Source: Leptogorgia sarmentosa (lineage: Eukaryota). Taken from it: DNA of 64,000 nt. Every line of letters starts with the position of its first letter. Within the stretch, counting starts at the first letter, position 1. Below the pieces are notes generated by a model that was not told where the DNA came from, searched no databases, and worked only from the letters and a program-made list of their open reading frames with translations. Positions 49,392 through 62,366 of this stretch are shown here, in pieces. Made by a program: the position numbers and the translations under genes. The stretch lies in the NCBI GenBank assembly GCA_964658305.1, contig OZ210885.1:6696001-6760000 (forward strand), written 5' to 3'.

Positions 49392-50117
49392 ATTCAAACA
49401 AACGGCAAACCAAACGGCCCGAAACTTGCCAAAATATACTCGGAACAAGCGGAGGTTACTTCAAATTTGACTCGCGTATTTATACGTTGTAATTTTAACT
49501 CCAATAAGACACTTGAATAGCAGTGAATAGTACTTAAAAGTACTTTTTTAATTTTTGAACACCTTTGAAAATTGAAAGCTCGCTTTTTGAAACAGTAACT
49601 GTTTTGATTTTTCGCGCCAAACAACCTAAATGTTTTGCTTTGTGAGAAGAACGTTTGATCAACCATGTGTTGTTTTAGAACGGTCGAGTGTGCAAACATT
49701 TTTGCCTCTCGAGTCGCTAGAATTAAACCGATCGTTGAAATTTTAAGCCAAACAATGAGTCACAACGTGTTTCATACCTCGAAAATATTTTAATACAGTA
49801 CTCACCTTCATACTGTGAAATATCCAAAAATCTGTTCCGACTCCTGCGAATCGAACTCCTTCCTCGCTTCAGTGACCTTGCACGCCATGTTGAATATTTC
49901 AACGACACTCGCTCGTAGAAGTCCAAGACGCAGTAGACATATGGAATAAGTCATTCAGATTTAGTAAAAACTTTAATCAAAGCGAAATTGATGAAAGTTT
50001 TCTTGCAATCCTCGTGTGTTTAGTACCTTCCCTCGTTCGAAAAATACAAGCGCCATTTTGAAAAATTCCGCTGTGTAACTAAACTACCATGATGCTTTGC
50101 AATTCCGCAATTGGCCC
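49391..50117 (-). repeat. Right TIR (727 bp)
   Basis: Reverse complement of 45657-46383. Confidence 0.95.
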
Positions 50118-50122
50118 ATTAC

Positions 50123-52954
50123 TCAGACAATCTTTTTGCAACTGGTTTCAACTGCCTGTCTCAGTGAATGGCTGCAAAAATCACATTTGTCAGCAGAGGC
50201 CAGTTTGGTTAGGCCACAGTAACATACAGTGTTATCTATCAGTAAATACCTTGTTTGGTATATAAGTCACCTTGGTGTTCACATTGTCAGGTATATTCAG
50301 AGACCTCTTGAGCAGAGCCAAATGAGTGTAACAAACTCATGCATAAATATTTGTTGCCACCTATGCTGATAAACTGTGTTGTTGGAGTACTTGCATATGA
50401 AAACATGTTTGGCTTCCCTGCCCTCCATGGAATTGATCCCTAGGCCCATACCATACTTTGTCTTCATGTCAGCGAGATGGTGTGGTACGACATTGCCAAG
50501 GGTCCATACAGTGGGGTTGACATTAAGGAAGATGAATGGGCCTTGTAGTAGTTGGAACAAAGAAACTTTATCTTGGTGATGTCTTCATCACAAATTGTCA
50601 CACGTGTGAAGAGGGATACGGAATCTCTTAAACAAAGGCAGATATAAGCAAGTACATGAAAAATGACCTCTTGCCGTGTTCCTTTTTGAATGCTCTCCTC
50701 TACTGAAACAATCAATAACATAAAATTTCTCTAAAACAACCTGGAATCTTTCCCTGTAAAACGGTAATCAAACTCCTTTCCCTCAAGCTTGGTTTCGTTA
50801 AACCATTTGATCACCTGTTTCGCTAATCTTGTGAGTCCACACTTACATCTCAAAGTTTTTACATACTTACTAAATGGTGATCGTGATGGTGATGGTACCT
50901 GCAAGAAAGAATTGGTGCCCTCTAGATGGGAAATAGAAATAATTTCATTGAGTAAATATCGACGGGCTAATGCACAGGCATTATTTTTCAAATGGAGGGG
51001 CTGTACATGTCCACGATCAATAAGCTTGCCGACTAAGGGCACAAACTCTTGACGACTCTGCTTCTGTGCTATGAAAGTGGTGATTTTGCTGCGTTTTGTT
51101 GTTGGCCTGATACTTTGCTTGCTGACTTTTTTCTTCTCTGCATCAACCTTTTCCACCACAGCCAATGTTTTGCCATACTGCCATGGATGCCAAGTGTTGG
51201 ATTTCTCCTTGCCAAAACTGCCATTGGTGTTCTTACAATTCTCAAGAGAAACATGAGCAAAAGTTGGCCGCCACAAATTTTCAATTGGATTCAAGTCTGG
51301 GCTTTGTGGTGGCGAAAAAAGCATTTCAATATTTTCAATTCCTGAGAAAATTTTTCACGATAGTGGCTGTGTGTTTTGGATCATTGTCGTGCTGGAAAAT
51401 GATGTTATTTCAGTGAATTCAACAGGCTGAAGGTCTCATTTGATGGATTAATATTTGACGATATCTTTCTTTTGTTAATATTCCTTTTATTTGATGAAAT
51501 ACCCTTAAACGAGAAACATCCCCATACCATAATTAATTCTGGTGCTTTACAGTTCCTTGCAAACATCTAGGGGAAAACTGTTGCTTTCCAAGACGTCATA
51601 CATAAGATCCATTTTGGCAGTGGAGGACAAATGGTGGTTCATCAGACCAGACGACCTTCCATTGATCGACTGTCCAGTGATGATAGAGTTTAGCAAATTG
51701 TAGCCGCTTACGCCGATTTACACTACTTACAAAAGGTTTCCTTGTTTTGAGACACTTCTTATAATTCCTTTCATGAAGGCGGCGCTGCACTGTTTGACGT
51801 GATATTTGGGTAGATGTGCGGTCCTTCAGTGCCTCTGACAGGTCGGCCATGCTTGGACAGACATTGGAGGCGTCACATTGTCTCACAGCTTCTCTAATTA
51901 AAAACCGATCCTCTCGAACAACAGTCTTTCGTAGTCGTCCAGATCCAGGTTTTCTTTCTCCTTTATCTCCTTTCCTCAAACGTGAACAGAGCTTCTTTGA
52001 CCAGGAATAGCTGAGACCATATTCGTCCGCCACTTGCCGAGCATTCCATCCAGCACGAAGGGAGGCCACAATCTGCTGATTTCTTGCAAACTTCTTCTTG
52101 GCGTTTTCTTGTTGTTTATTTGTTGCCATATCTCCCAGACTGATTACAATGAAACTTATAAAATTTCAATTTTATTTGAATACGGAAAGTGTGCGCATCT
52201 AATGTGGGATACTTCTTCACACTTATACCGTCCTTGCGCATGTCTCTTTTCGCTTTTTTAGGAAACCCCCTTTTTCATGGGGCTCCTTTTTTTTGGCAAC
52301 CCCCTGTAGCAATTCCTTTAAGATCTCCATAACAACCCTGTACCTTATCACCTTCTTCAAGGTCAGTACACAAGTCACTGGTATTGTACACAGTGCCAGT
52401 ATTTATGCTCTTAATAAAAGGGATTAATTTATTATATGGAACTAGCAATGGTATAGGGCAGCTGTTTACAGTAGGGTGCTTTCGATATTTCTTACATTTC
52501 TGTGATTTTTGAAAGGATACATTCCTTGTACACCTGCCGATACTTTCTCTTACCCATGATGCCACCATCATAATAGACAGAAACACTTCTGATCATGTTT
52601 TCGTCCGAAGCTTCGAAATTCTTAAGTGGACCCTTATATAGCTTTGGCAAAACATTTCTGAAATTTGTTGAAGGTAGAAAGAACTTCACCTAATGTTGTT
52701 TTACTGCATTTGCTCAGAACAGTATCAATTACACCAACCTCTGCTGACTTACCCTCCCCACCATGTACCTCTAGTGCAGCCTGGCACGTTTCCTCTCTAC
52801 GAGAGCGGGCAACCTTCTCACTGATCTGTAACTTACCTGCTTCAAACATTGTTGGCATCTTTTTCCTATTATCTTTAGACCTATTAGATAAATACTTCCC
52901 TTTCTTTATAGCTGGCTTTGAAATATCAGACTCTATCTCCTTTAACTGCTCCAT
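50123..52954 (-). pseudogene. Divergent RAG1/Transib-core-like transposase, copy 2, interrupted by Tc1 and partly deleted
   Basis: Shares with copy 1: MGKRKY, SRQEF.PL.G..I...HV.PLHLKNN, RFTGK.SRLF, VNPTVWT.G.V.P.H, MEGREAKH, RWQ..F.HEF..LIWL, CYCGL..C.FC. Confidence 0.7.
51270..52306 (-). mobile_element. Tc1/mariner element: 5' TIR plus decayed transposase, 3' end deleted
   Basis: TA|cagggggttgcc terminus at 52306. ORF 51596-52129 has paired-like HTH, GSGR, and VVWSDE; then FQHDNDPKH and PPQSPDLNPIENLW. Confidence 0.88.
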
Positions 52955-53194
52955 TGCTTTCTATCTAAACAACAAAACACATTACTCTATGAATACAAAC
53001 TTGTGCTATATTACTATATTCTATTTTACTATATTCTATTTTGTAGTTCTTGCATTGTATTAGAATTTTGCTTTTATTGAATAGTTGACAGTTCTTCAAA
53101 AAGCTTCTAACTTTGAGTGATGATTTATATAATTTACATGCATATGCATAATAAGAAACTTAAATACTACCTCAATTCAATAGAGACTAACCTT

Positions 53195-53522
53195 TAAATC
53201 CAGTTGTTTTTCCTCCATTTGCAAATTTTGTAAGCATCTACATCATCTTCTGAGAACTCATCATGAACCCATGTTTGGCACAAAATGCACTGCACCCAAT
53301 CAGTTTTTGTTTCTTTCCAAGAACCATCACAAATTTGGAAAATCCAGTCATCCTCTTCAGGAAGTTTAGATTTCTGTAAAAGTTTTCTTGCAGCTTTTGG
53401 TTTCTACCTACAGCTTTTGCCTTTAGCTGTCTTTTTTTGTTTTTGTGCTTTACTATCACTGGCTTTCTTTTTTCGTCTTCCAATTTTCTTTTATATGGGG
53501 AACTTGTAATAATTTGCGACAT
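53195..53522 (-). pseudogene. C-terminal remnant of a pogo/Fot1-like transposase (Lys-rich segment plus decayed PHD)
   Basis: IITSSPYKRKLE, a Lys-rich run, then DWVQCILCQTWVH in a shifted frame. Confidence 0.55.
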
Positions 53523-54659
53523 TTCTCTTATATAAAACCAGGTGTTCTTTTCGATTTTTTATTTTAACTGTGCAATGAACGCAGGGACTTGCTCGATATT
53601 CTGGACATGCTGAACCGGGGCTACCTACAACCCGCCCCTGGAGTTTTACTAATTATACCATATACTGCGCTTTGTCCACATACTGTATTCTCTCTACTTA
53701 GCGAAGGGAACATGGATGGGCCATGAAATTATTTTCATCAACTTGGATAGGTCATAAGAATTCTTTTTTTGGTTACTGGGTGGGCCATGAAACATTTGCA
53801 TAATTAATATTCAAAACTTCTTTCGTGTTAGAAAGGGAACCATACTAATGTAAGTTATAGAAAAATTAGTTCATTGTTGAGTTATTTGTTCTGAGGTATA
53901 AAATTGGTCATGTCATTGTGTTAATAACTTAGTGTGTAAACATAGTTTTTGCATAGTCATGAAGTTGACATTTTTCTTTTGGGTAATTTTCACAAAACAG
54001 AACAAATATGAGAACGATAAATTGTTGGTCGAAATCACATTTTTTCACCGAGGGAAACCTGAGTTTGATATTTTGACAGTTTTGAAAAATAGCTCGAGGC
54101 AGCAATATTGAACATTGATCCCAGCACCTGGGCCAGTTAGCCCACTTGTTAGTTTTTCACCAAAACGCAAACTGGTTTACTTAGAAATAATGTCTTCATA
54201 AATTATATAGCTAAGTGCCGAAGGGTGGATAATTCATCTGCAAATCAAGTAAACAATTGCTGCGCACGCGCAAACCGATTTCATTATTTAGCAACAAGTC
54301 AACAAATGTTTCAATATATGCTGACTGGTGCATCATCACCAAGGTAATGGGGTAAACATGATGTTTTGCGGATTAGGCACATGATAAGGTTTCGTCAAAT
54401 TGGAAAACAGGAAAACTGAACTTTCACACTTGATATATAACAATAAAAAACGTGCTTCTTTTTATTGCGGTCATTTTTTGCAAACATGTTTCAATTTTCA
54501 ACTGCAATGGAGAATGGCCTCTACATTGCGTCTGTCTCGTTCAACTATTGTTTTCCTCCCTAAGTATTTAATACACAGCAACAGTGTATTTTTCTAAAAG
54601 TCCACTCATGCCGGATGCGACAACGAATCCTGCACTTCGCTGTATAGCTTAACAGACTA

Positions 54660-55790
54660 TTTATTTACTGAAACCTCAGTAAACGAGAATGCGGGCGATT
54701 TTCTGGTCTTCAAAAAGTCAGATTTTCAGGGGGTTTGTAAACCTTCACTAAGTTGGAAAGGACGCCTCTCTTGGTGGTAGCAGGGGCTTCTTTGTTCATC
54801 ACAACGCTGATGGTATCCTTTGCTTTTTCCGATGGAAGTCCTAGAAACTTTGTATTGGGTGTACTGATTTCGAATTGGTGCTTCACGAACGTTTTCTCAT
54901 CTTCGTTGGTCAGGACAGTCACTTGCTGCTCGCTATCTTCCAAATTTTCGACGTTCGAGTGCCATTTGTGTAGATGGAAGGTGTGGCATCTTCAAAAACT
55001 TCGATCGCCTTCGGACTAAGTCACCCCATGTCTTTGAAACGTTGCCGCAAATCGAATCTAGTTTGTAACGGAATTTGTAAGGTTTTCATAAAACTCTGCA
55101 ATGGTGTTGGAATTGTACCAGATATGTTAGGTTTAACTTTTACAATCTCAGATTCTTTACCATATTTGTCTTTGAGTATGGCCTTGGCTTCATTATAGCC
55201 CTCAGGGGTGAAGGGTAGGGCTTCGATACATCGTTTTGCCTTTGGTTCGAGTAACTAGAGCAGATATGTGGACTTGGTTATGGGTGCGATTGAACTATGG
55301 CTTCAGTATATTGCCCCCAGAACTTGGGCCAATTCATGAGTGACCCGTCGAATTTTGAAATCATGAGCTTCAGTAATTTAGCTGCTATTTTCGACGTGAA
55401 TTCTTCTTTCAACTTAAATTTGCTAAGCGAAAAGGATGCCTCTTTCTGGTAGCAGGGGCTTTCTTTGTTCATCACGATGCCTTTGCCTTGTCCCACTATC
55501 CTCCACTGTCTCACTACCAAGTAATTCTGCTAGCTCTTCCCTCTTCGAGGCATTTCCTTGCTTGCACATACATTCATCCTCCTTCAAGGCATATTCATAC
55601 TCAAGTTGAGACTCCTGAGCTTTCTGTTGCAGTTCCCACCATTTCTTCCGATACTCTGCTTGGATTCGGGCTCATTCCAGTCCTCCTGTGCTCACCTTTG
55701 TTGTTCTTGTAAACACCGTTTTTCTCACAATGCTTGTAACTCAATCTCCTCTTCTTTACGCTGTATAGTCTCTTCTTCCATCATTTTTAG
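54660..55790 (-). pseudogene. Decayed BEL/Pao gag fragment
   Basis: KLMISKFDGSLMNWPKFWGQY, ITKSTYLL, IEALPFTPEGYNEAKAILKDKYG resemble the gag at 13454-14581. Confidence 0.75.
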
Positions 55791-57562
55791 AGGAAGGGAA
55801 CATGCCTAGCAGTTACAGAAATATTGCCATTCATGTACTCCCAAAGTAAAAGAATAATTTACTACAATCAAATTCAGCCAGTTGCTTGCTTTTGCTTTGT
55901 AATCTATTTTAATCAACTGAAGAGATGATATGATTAATGATACTGATATGCTTATCTAGATTGTTTACATGAATAGTGGCAGCTCAGGATACTTCAATTC
56001 TGCAGCAATAGAAGTAAACTACATATGTAGGCAAATTAAAGTAAATTTAACATTGGCCTAAAATTGTGAATAGAGTGATTTTTTATTACTACGCAGAGGT
56101 AGCCTCACCATGCAGGTTATACATTTTTGTTGAGTACTATATAATTGCACGTTTATTCTTCTATACCATTTTATTATTATAACTTGAAGGTCAGAGGTCA
56201 GACAGAGCAATAAGGGCAGGCTTGCCAAGCATCGAAAATCGTCCAGTGTAACATCAGCTTTAGCTCGATATTTTCGTAGAAACTTTGCACTATCCTTGGA
56301 TTGCTAGTTTTTTCAAGGGGGGCTGTCTCATTCTTTCAGGGGGCCTCAAATTAGTCCTTAGGCACAACATTTATATTACTTCTCCAGCCTGTTAAAAATC
56401 ATGCATTGTCAGTGCCATGGTAGATTTCACTGGAAATCCACCTGGGAAAAGCCTTCTTTCCACATAATCAAGAATTTCTGGTAAACGAGACCATACATAG
56501 ATCTGTATGTCATTGTTAATTCACAGAAAGAATATATATCCAAATTCTGTTGATGAAATATACTAATTCCAAAAAGTTGCAAAAACATGGATGCATATTT
56601 TACCTGAAAAAATTCTCTCTTCGGGCCACCATCATCAATGGCTGGCTCTACTGCAAAACTGATCTTGAGCAGTTGTTTCGGTTGATAGTAGCAATTTATT
56701 GCCCTCTTAAAATCTTGGATGGAAAGGCGGGATGTTCATTTAGGAAAATGGCAAAGTTGGATGGAAAGGGGGGATGTTCATTTTTCGAAGGGAATCTTGC
56801 ACTGTAGTTACCATTTGCTTCTTGCTTGATCGTTGGCATTCTTCCAAGAACTCTTTGTTGGGTTCTTTGTCATCTGGGGTGGAGTGATACCTATTGATTT
56901 TTCTTCCTTTGAAAATTTGTTATTTTTGCGCATAAAGTCAAGTTTTAAAATGAGTTTTTTAAATCCCTAGGTAGTCCTAGGTAAATTTGAAAGCGCAAAA
57001 AGTTTCCTAAATTAATATACTTGAAGCTAATTAAAATGCAGAGGACATTTTTTGCTATGGTATTTTTTCTGAATATAGTGCTCTTTAACATTTGTATTGT
57101 AAGGAGAAACCATTTATTCATTTGAGCGCCACAGTGCTGTTTAAATTTTGAGAGCTTCTGATGCGACGCTCATTCGGAGGCAGCGCTCTTTGAAGAATTT
57201 TAAGCTGAAATGCGGCGCTCACACAAGTAAATACGGTAGTCAGAGACATTTGTCAGCTCGACAAACAACAGCGTATACGGCCATTTTATGTTTCGAAAAC
57301 AAACAGCAGAAAATTGTAGTTTTGCATGTAGTTTATTCCTTAGGTGTGAAACATCCACTGAAAATTTGTACAAACTGAAATCAAGTTACAAGATGTCAGA
57401 AGATGGAATTTTTTGTCTTTATCTACGTTTCGGTGTGGGTGTGGATTAGGAAAGAAAAAACAAGAGGAAAATACTTTACTTTTGGTTTAGAGTCAAAATT
57501 ACAATGTAATATTACTAGACCCAGGGCCTCCCAACTAATGTGCAATTCTTGATTGAGCCATA

Positions 57563-59153
57563 CAGTGCGACCCACGATATTAGTTTGGTATGATATTAGT
57601 ACATTGTAGATTACATGTTTGGAGGATTAAACATAATAAAGGTGAATTTTGTTTGGTTCGTGGTAGAAACAATATTGCAATGATTACATTTCATGCTAGT
57701 CACGGGACAACAAAATCCAGGTGTTCCTCCATTAAAAAGGTGGTCCACGCAATTAGTTTCATAAATTGCCGAGCAATATGGGAAGTAGAAAAGACCTAAC
57801 CTTCGCCAAAAAAGCCATTATTACAAAAGAAATAGCAATAACCAACACTACAAAAGCAATTTTTGAAAGATTTGATGGTCATGTTGTGACAATGACAAGA
57901 TTTTTGCAAAATCCATTCTTCAAGTGGAAATTTCATTCCAATCGTAACTATTAAAGCCAATTTTAAAGCAGGATACGAGTTGAGCAATGAGTAAGTTGCG
58001 TAAAATGCCTCCAGCAGCTAGTGGAAAATTTTCCAAGAAAGCTGTCCTCCTCGATGTTGCAAAAACCACTCGCAATCGTGGACCTGCCAAGATGGGTTCC
58101 ATCTAGATGATATAAACATGACGCTTTATTATCCACCACAGATTCTCAATTGGGTTCAAATTTGGCGAGTTTAGTTGCCAAAACATCACGATTCTGTTCA
58201 CAAAACCAAACTACTGAAGGAATTCCGTTGTTGCCTTTGCTGCATTTGACATGCGTTAAGGTAATCTTCTTCAATGTTGCTAAAGGAAGTTTATCCAACC
58301 GTGACTCGAGGGATTTCTTCAGGTAAGGGCAATACGTAGCAGAAGACAACTTCTGACCTTCAGGCTCACGGAAGGGACCAATGAGTGCATCTGCGATGAT
58401 TCCATTCCTGTTCATAATCCCATTCCTGTTCATAATCCTCCAACACCATGTTGGCGTCTCATCCCCTTAGGGCATTCCTCATCGCATCCTTTACTCCAGC
58501 CATCTGGACCATCCAGTGTCGGCCTTGATTCGTCAGTGAAAAGAACAAACATTGTGTTCGTCCTCATGAATTTTCTGGCCCATTCCATCCTCAAATGATC
58601 GTGTCTAGCAGTGAAAGGTCAACATTTCTTCATTTACTCCATGGAACCTGTCTTCGCAGGTCCACGATTGCGAGTGGTTTTTGGAAGATCGAGCGGACCA
58701 GCTTTCTGGGCAAATTTTCCACTAGCTGCTGGAGGCATTTTACGCAACTTACTGGTTATCCAGCTCCTATCCCGCTTTGACACTGGTTTTATTCGGCACG
58801 ATTACCATGAAGTTTCCTATTGAAACATGGATTTTGCAAAAATCTTGTCACTGTCACAACATGACGATTAATATCTTTCAAAAATTGCTTTTGTTGTGTT
58901 GCCTATTGCTATCTCTTTTATAGTAATGGCTTTCCTGGCTCAGGTTAGGTCTTTTCTACTTCCCATATTGCTCGGCAATTTATGAAACTAATAGCGTGGA
59001 CCACCCCTTTTATGGAGGAACACCTGGATTTTGTTGTCACGTGACTAATATGAAATGTAATCATTGTAATATTGTTTCTACCATGAACCAAACAAAATTC
59101 ACCCATCTACAGTGCACTAATATCGTACCAAACTAATACCGTGGGTCGCACTG
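57563..59153 (-). mobile_element. Tc1-like foldback element with ~540-bp inverted arms and a decayed transposase
   Basis: TA|cagtgcgacccacg ... cgtgggtcgcactg|TA. Arms at about 57563-58102 and 58641-59153. Minus-strand remnants MGSRKDL, VLFTDESR..LDGPDGW, NSPNLNPIENLW. Confidence 0.85.
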
Positions 59154-59607
59154 TATGTGTCTCAAGTTCAGCCGCCATATTTATTTTGAAATAACATATG
59201 CAGAGAGTGTGCGCATCACATATAGATCAATGGCAACATAGCCGTTTCAGCGCCTGTGTTTTATTGCGCCCTGGCAAGATGTAGGTTTTAGTTGGGCAAT
59301 TTCATTGATATGGTATTGACATGCATACATGATATAAATAAACAAAGCAATGTGCTATATCTTCTTGCAGGAAACCACAACGCAATCTGGACAACACCTT
59401 GAAGTGTTCAACTTCTTGGAGTACAGTACTGCCAAGAAATAGCTTATCAAAAACCGCGGGCAATTTGCGTCCGCTCTGCGTCCACTGGTGGCACCCACAG
59501 GTGCTTCCATGCTGCGTTCACTCTGCGCCTGCGTCCGTCCAGCGGGTGCTTTGTGTCCAGTGTGTGTCTGCTATGAGGTGCCGTTACCGCCAAAATTCAG
59601 AGTGCTT

Positions 59608-59954
59608 ATTTTTGAAAATGGAGGCATGCTTTTTGAAAATGGAGGCATGATTTTTGAAAATGCAGGCATGATTTTTGAAAATGCAGGCATGATTTTTGAA
59701 AATGGAGGCATGATTTTTGAAAATGGAGGCATGATTTTTGAAAATGGAGGCATGATTTTTGAAAATGGAGGCATGATGTTTGAAAATGGAGGCATGATTT
59801 TTGAAAATGGAGGCATGATTTTTGAAAATGGAGGCATGATGTTTGAAAATGGAGGCATGATGTTTGAAAATGGAGGCATGATGTTTGAAAATGGAGGCAT
59901 GATTTTTGAAAATGCAGGCATGATTTTTGAAAATGCAGGCATGATTTTTGAAAA
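59608..59954. repeat. 21-bp minisatellite (tttttgaaaatggaggcatga), about 16.5 copies
   Basis: Directly visible, with variants gga/gca and att/atg. Confidence 0.97.
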
Positions 59955-60142
59955 CAATTAATGTTTCGAAGATCATGATTTGAAATTGCAACGATGACTT
60001 TTCAAAGTGATAACTTTCATTAAGAGGAATTCTTACCACCGGGGATTTATCCCCGGGCCCCGAGACTGCGAATGTGAATAATTAGCTGAAATTACACAGA
60101 ATAAATTAGCCGTAATAAATTCGCGCCATCAAACTGTTAAAG

Positions 60143-60950
60143 ATGGCGGGCGAATATTCAAATGTTGCTCAGCTGTTTAGTGAGTTAGCGACCCGATTGC
60201 GCAGTTTTCCCGTACCAAATACTTCAAATTCACCGAACCAAACGAATAACGACAACTCGGTTGCTCAAACGCCAAATGTTCTGAATTCGTCAACAGATTC
60301 TGTAATAAATGAAATCGCTGTAGCGACTACAAACCGAGCTTCGACTTCGTCCAGGACGCATAATGAACTGCAAACCCTTTTCCCTCATCATTTTAGTTCA
60401 ACTTCCGTTCAGAGAAATAATTCTGCCTCAAGTTCAAGAAAGCGAAGAAAAAATAATCAACACAATTGCAAGAATAGTAAGAAATCTAATGTGAAATATC
60501 TTCCAAGAAAATTTGTCTGTTTATCAGATAAAGACCAGCATGAGGTACCGGAACGTGAAGAAATGCGAGAGTTATTAGTCCATGGCCTTGGCGAAGTTAA
60601 AGTGGCCATACCGGAAGATGCTAATGAAAAGGCCATCAGAGACAAATTGATTGAAACATTTCCTAAGCTTAAAGATAGTGGTGGGTTTGAACTTATGTAT
60701 GTCGAGTGTAGAAGAAAAGATCTTATTGTCATTCCTCCAGGGCCTGATGGCCTCTCAATGAAGTATCTGGTATCATTTATTGGTCAAGGAAAAATATATG
60801 TCCGCCCCATTCAACAAGATCTCTCCATCGAAGATGAAGTTGAAGCTGTTGGAGTCGAAAAAGAGCAGTGCATGAATTGCTGTCTCATGGTTGACATTCA
60901 TATGTTACGGGAGCACCATCAAATCTGCACTGAAGATGAAATACCAACAG
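60143..60950 (+). CDS. First exon of an uncharacterised protein; resembles the N-terminal region of repeat-associated G2E3/HECT-like genes
   Basis: aagATGGCG start and an open frame of about 270 aa with KFVCL..VP..GLGE..FPKL..GGFEL..IYVRPIQ..CxxC..H..C. GT donor at ccaacag|gta. No HECT exons seen downstream. Confidence 0.55.
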
Positions 60951-61581
60951 GTACTGTATTCAAAGTAAATTAAGGACAATTATCAAAGAGTGCCCATGCT
61001 TCCATCTGCCAACCACAGGTACCGGTACATCGAAAGCTATCTAGGAGGAACTATGAAAGGTTTTGCCAGTAAAAAGTGCACGAAATGTTAAATGCCTTGA
61101 TTAGATGTTATAATTATGGATAATGAGGGATTTTTAGCTCATTCCCTTTAGTCTTACATCTCTTGATTACTTACCTGTGTGTCAACATCATCAACTTGAT
61201 ATGATTTGTAAGAACCATGTGATGATCTGCACGTACAACTTGGTTTAATACTGTAGTTACAAAATCTTTGTAACTTCTAGCAGGATTTGGCACTATTTAT
61301 ACTATTACTAATTGACTAAGACAAATGAATTAGCCATTTCCTAATTGGGACCGCAAAGCATGCATGGATTGTTTGGAAGGAACGACCTGCATTTCAGTTG
61401 GAAAGAGATGTGAAAACTAACAAAGTGGTTGCGAGTCAACATTATCTTTCTACACCCGTTACAACTGTGGTTGAAGTAACAGGTAACACTAGTGCCATGT
61501 AAATTTGAATACAGTATGTAATAAAAGTGAGAAATAGACTCACATACAGTATGTTTTTCATTCCATGAGCTATGTAGTATT

Positions 61582-61830
61582 TTGATATTCCAGCTACGTG
61601 CTCTGAATGAAACTATGGTTAATCTTGCAAAGTCCATAAATCAAGGTATGGTTAATATTGAGGCAGCACTTTATCAGGCCAGCCAGTTGAATGCACCACC
61701 ATTGCCGAATCATCAATTTCTCCCAACCCAACCAGCCTATGGTCAAAGCAATGCATCATTGAACCCAGTGCAAAGACAATTGAACACATACAACTTCTAT
61801 TCATCAAATGATGACTTGATGCATGACTGA
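61582..61830 (+). pseudogene. Possible C-terminal remnant of the Harbinger accessory (Myb/SANT-type) gene
   Basis: Coiled-coil then Q/P-rich tail, convergent with the Harbinger transposase. The DNA-binding domain itself is not seen. Confidence 0.3.
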
Positions 61831-62366
61831 GATTCATTGGCTGGAGAACAGTTGACACGTACATGATTTATTTTGAGTTCCTACTGATTGATGAGGCCAA
61901 AGAAAAAATTATATGGGTGTTTTCAAATTTTCACAATTCATGCATCCATGCATGAGCAACTGTCAACAATGATTTCCAAGTTTCTCACAACGGAATGATA
62001 TTCCTATTATTTAACTTGCATTCAGTATATACATTTAGTATTTTTTTCTTTGGCCTTATATTGATATTTACATATATATGTAGCTTTGTTACCCTGTCTG
62101 TTACAGTGTTATGACACTTTTGATTGTTCCATTTACCATTTGTACTATTGTTAAAGTATTGGCATCATTTGAATTGTGTTAAGAGTTATTGTTATCAGAT
62201 ACACAGTGTAAGTTTTTATAAGTTATGTAATGTATTTGCAACTGAACATTGAACACAATAGATATTTTCTGTTATTTAATATATACTTAGTATCAGATTT
62301 AAAGAGCAAAGTTTTGAACAAATATAAATTGTTGTTATGTTAATGACTGTTTATCACAAGTAGCAG

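Larger units (their letters stand above)
45657..50117. mobile_element. Complete ISL2EU-type (PIF/Harbinger-related) DNA transposon, 4461 bp, with 727-bp TIRs and AT target duplication
   Basis: TIRs at 45657-46383 and 49391-50117, beginning GGGCCAATTGCGG, with AT on both sides. Two convergent genes: THAP-DDE transposase and SWIM-YqaJ nuclease. Confidence 0.95.

Noticed and set aside
49392..49448. N-terminal extension MFRVYFGK of the 458-aa ORF
   Set aside because: It uses a non-ATG start inside the TIR; the ATG at 49391 mirrors the position of the transposase start.
59488..60039. Repeat proteins (FENGGMI)n, (FKNHASI)n, (FSKIMPP)n
   Set aside because: These are translations of a 21-bp minisatellite that is open in several frames on both strands; there is no coding evidence.
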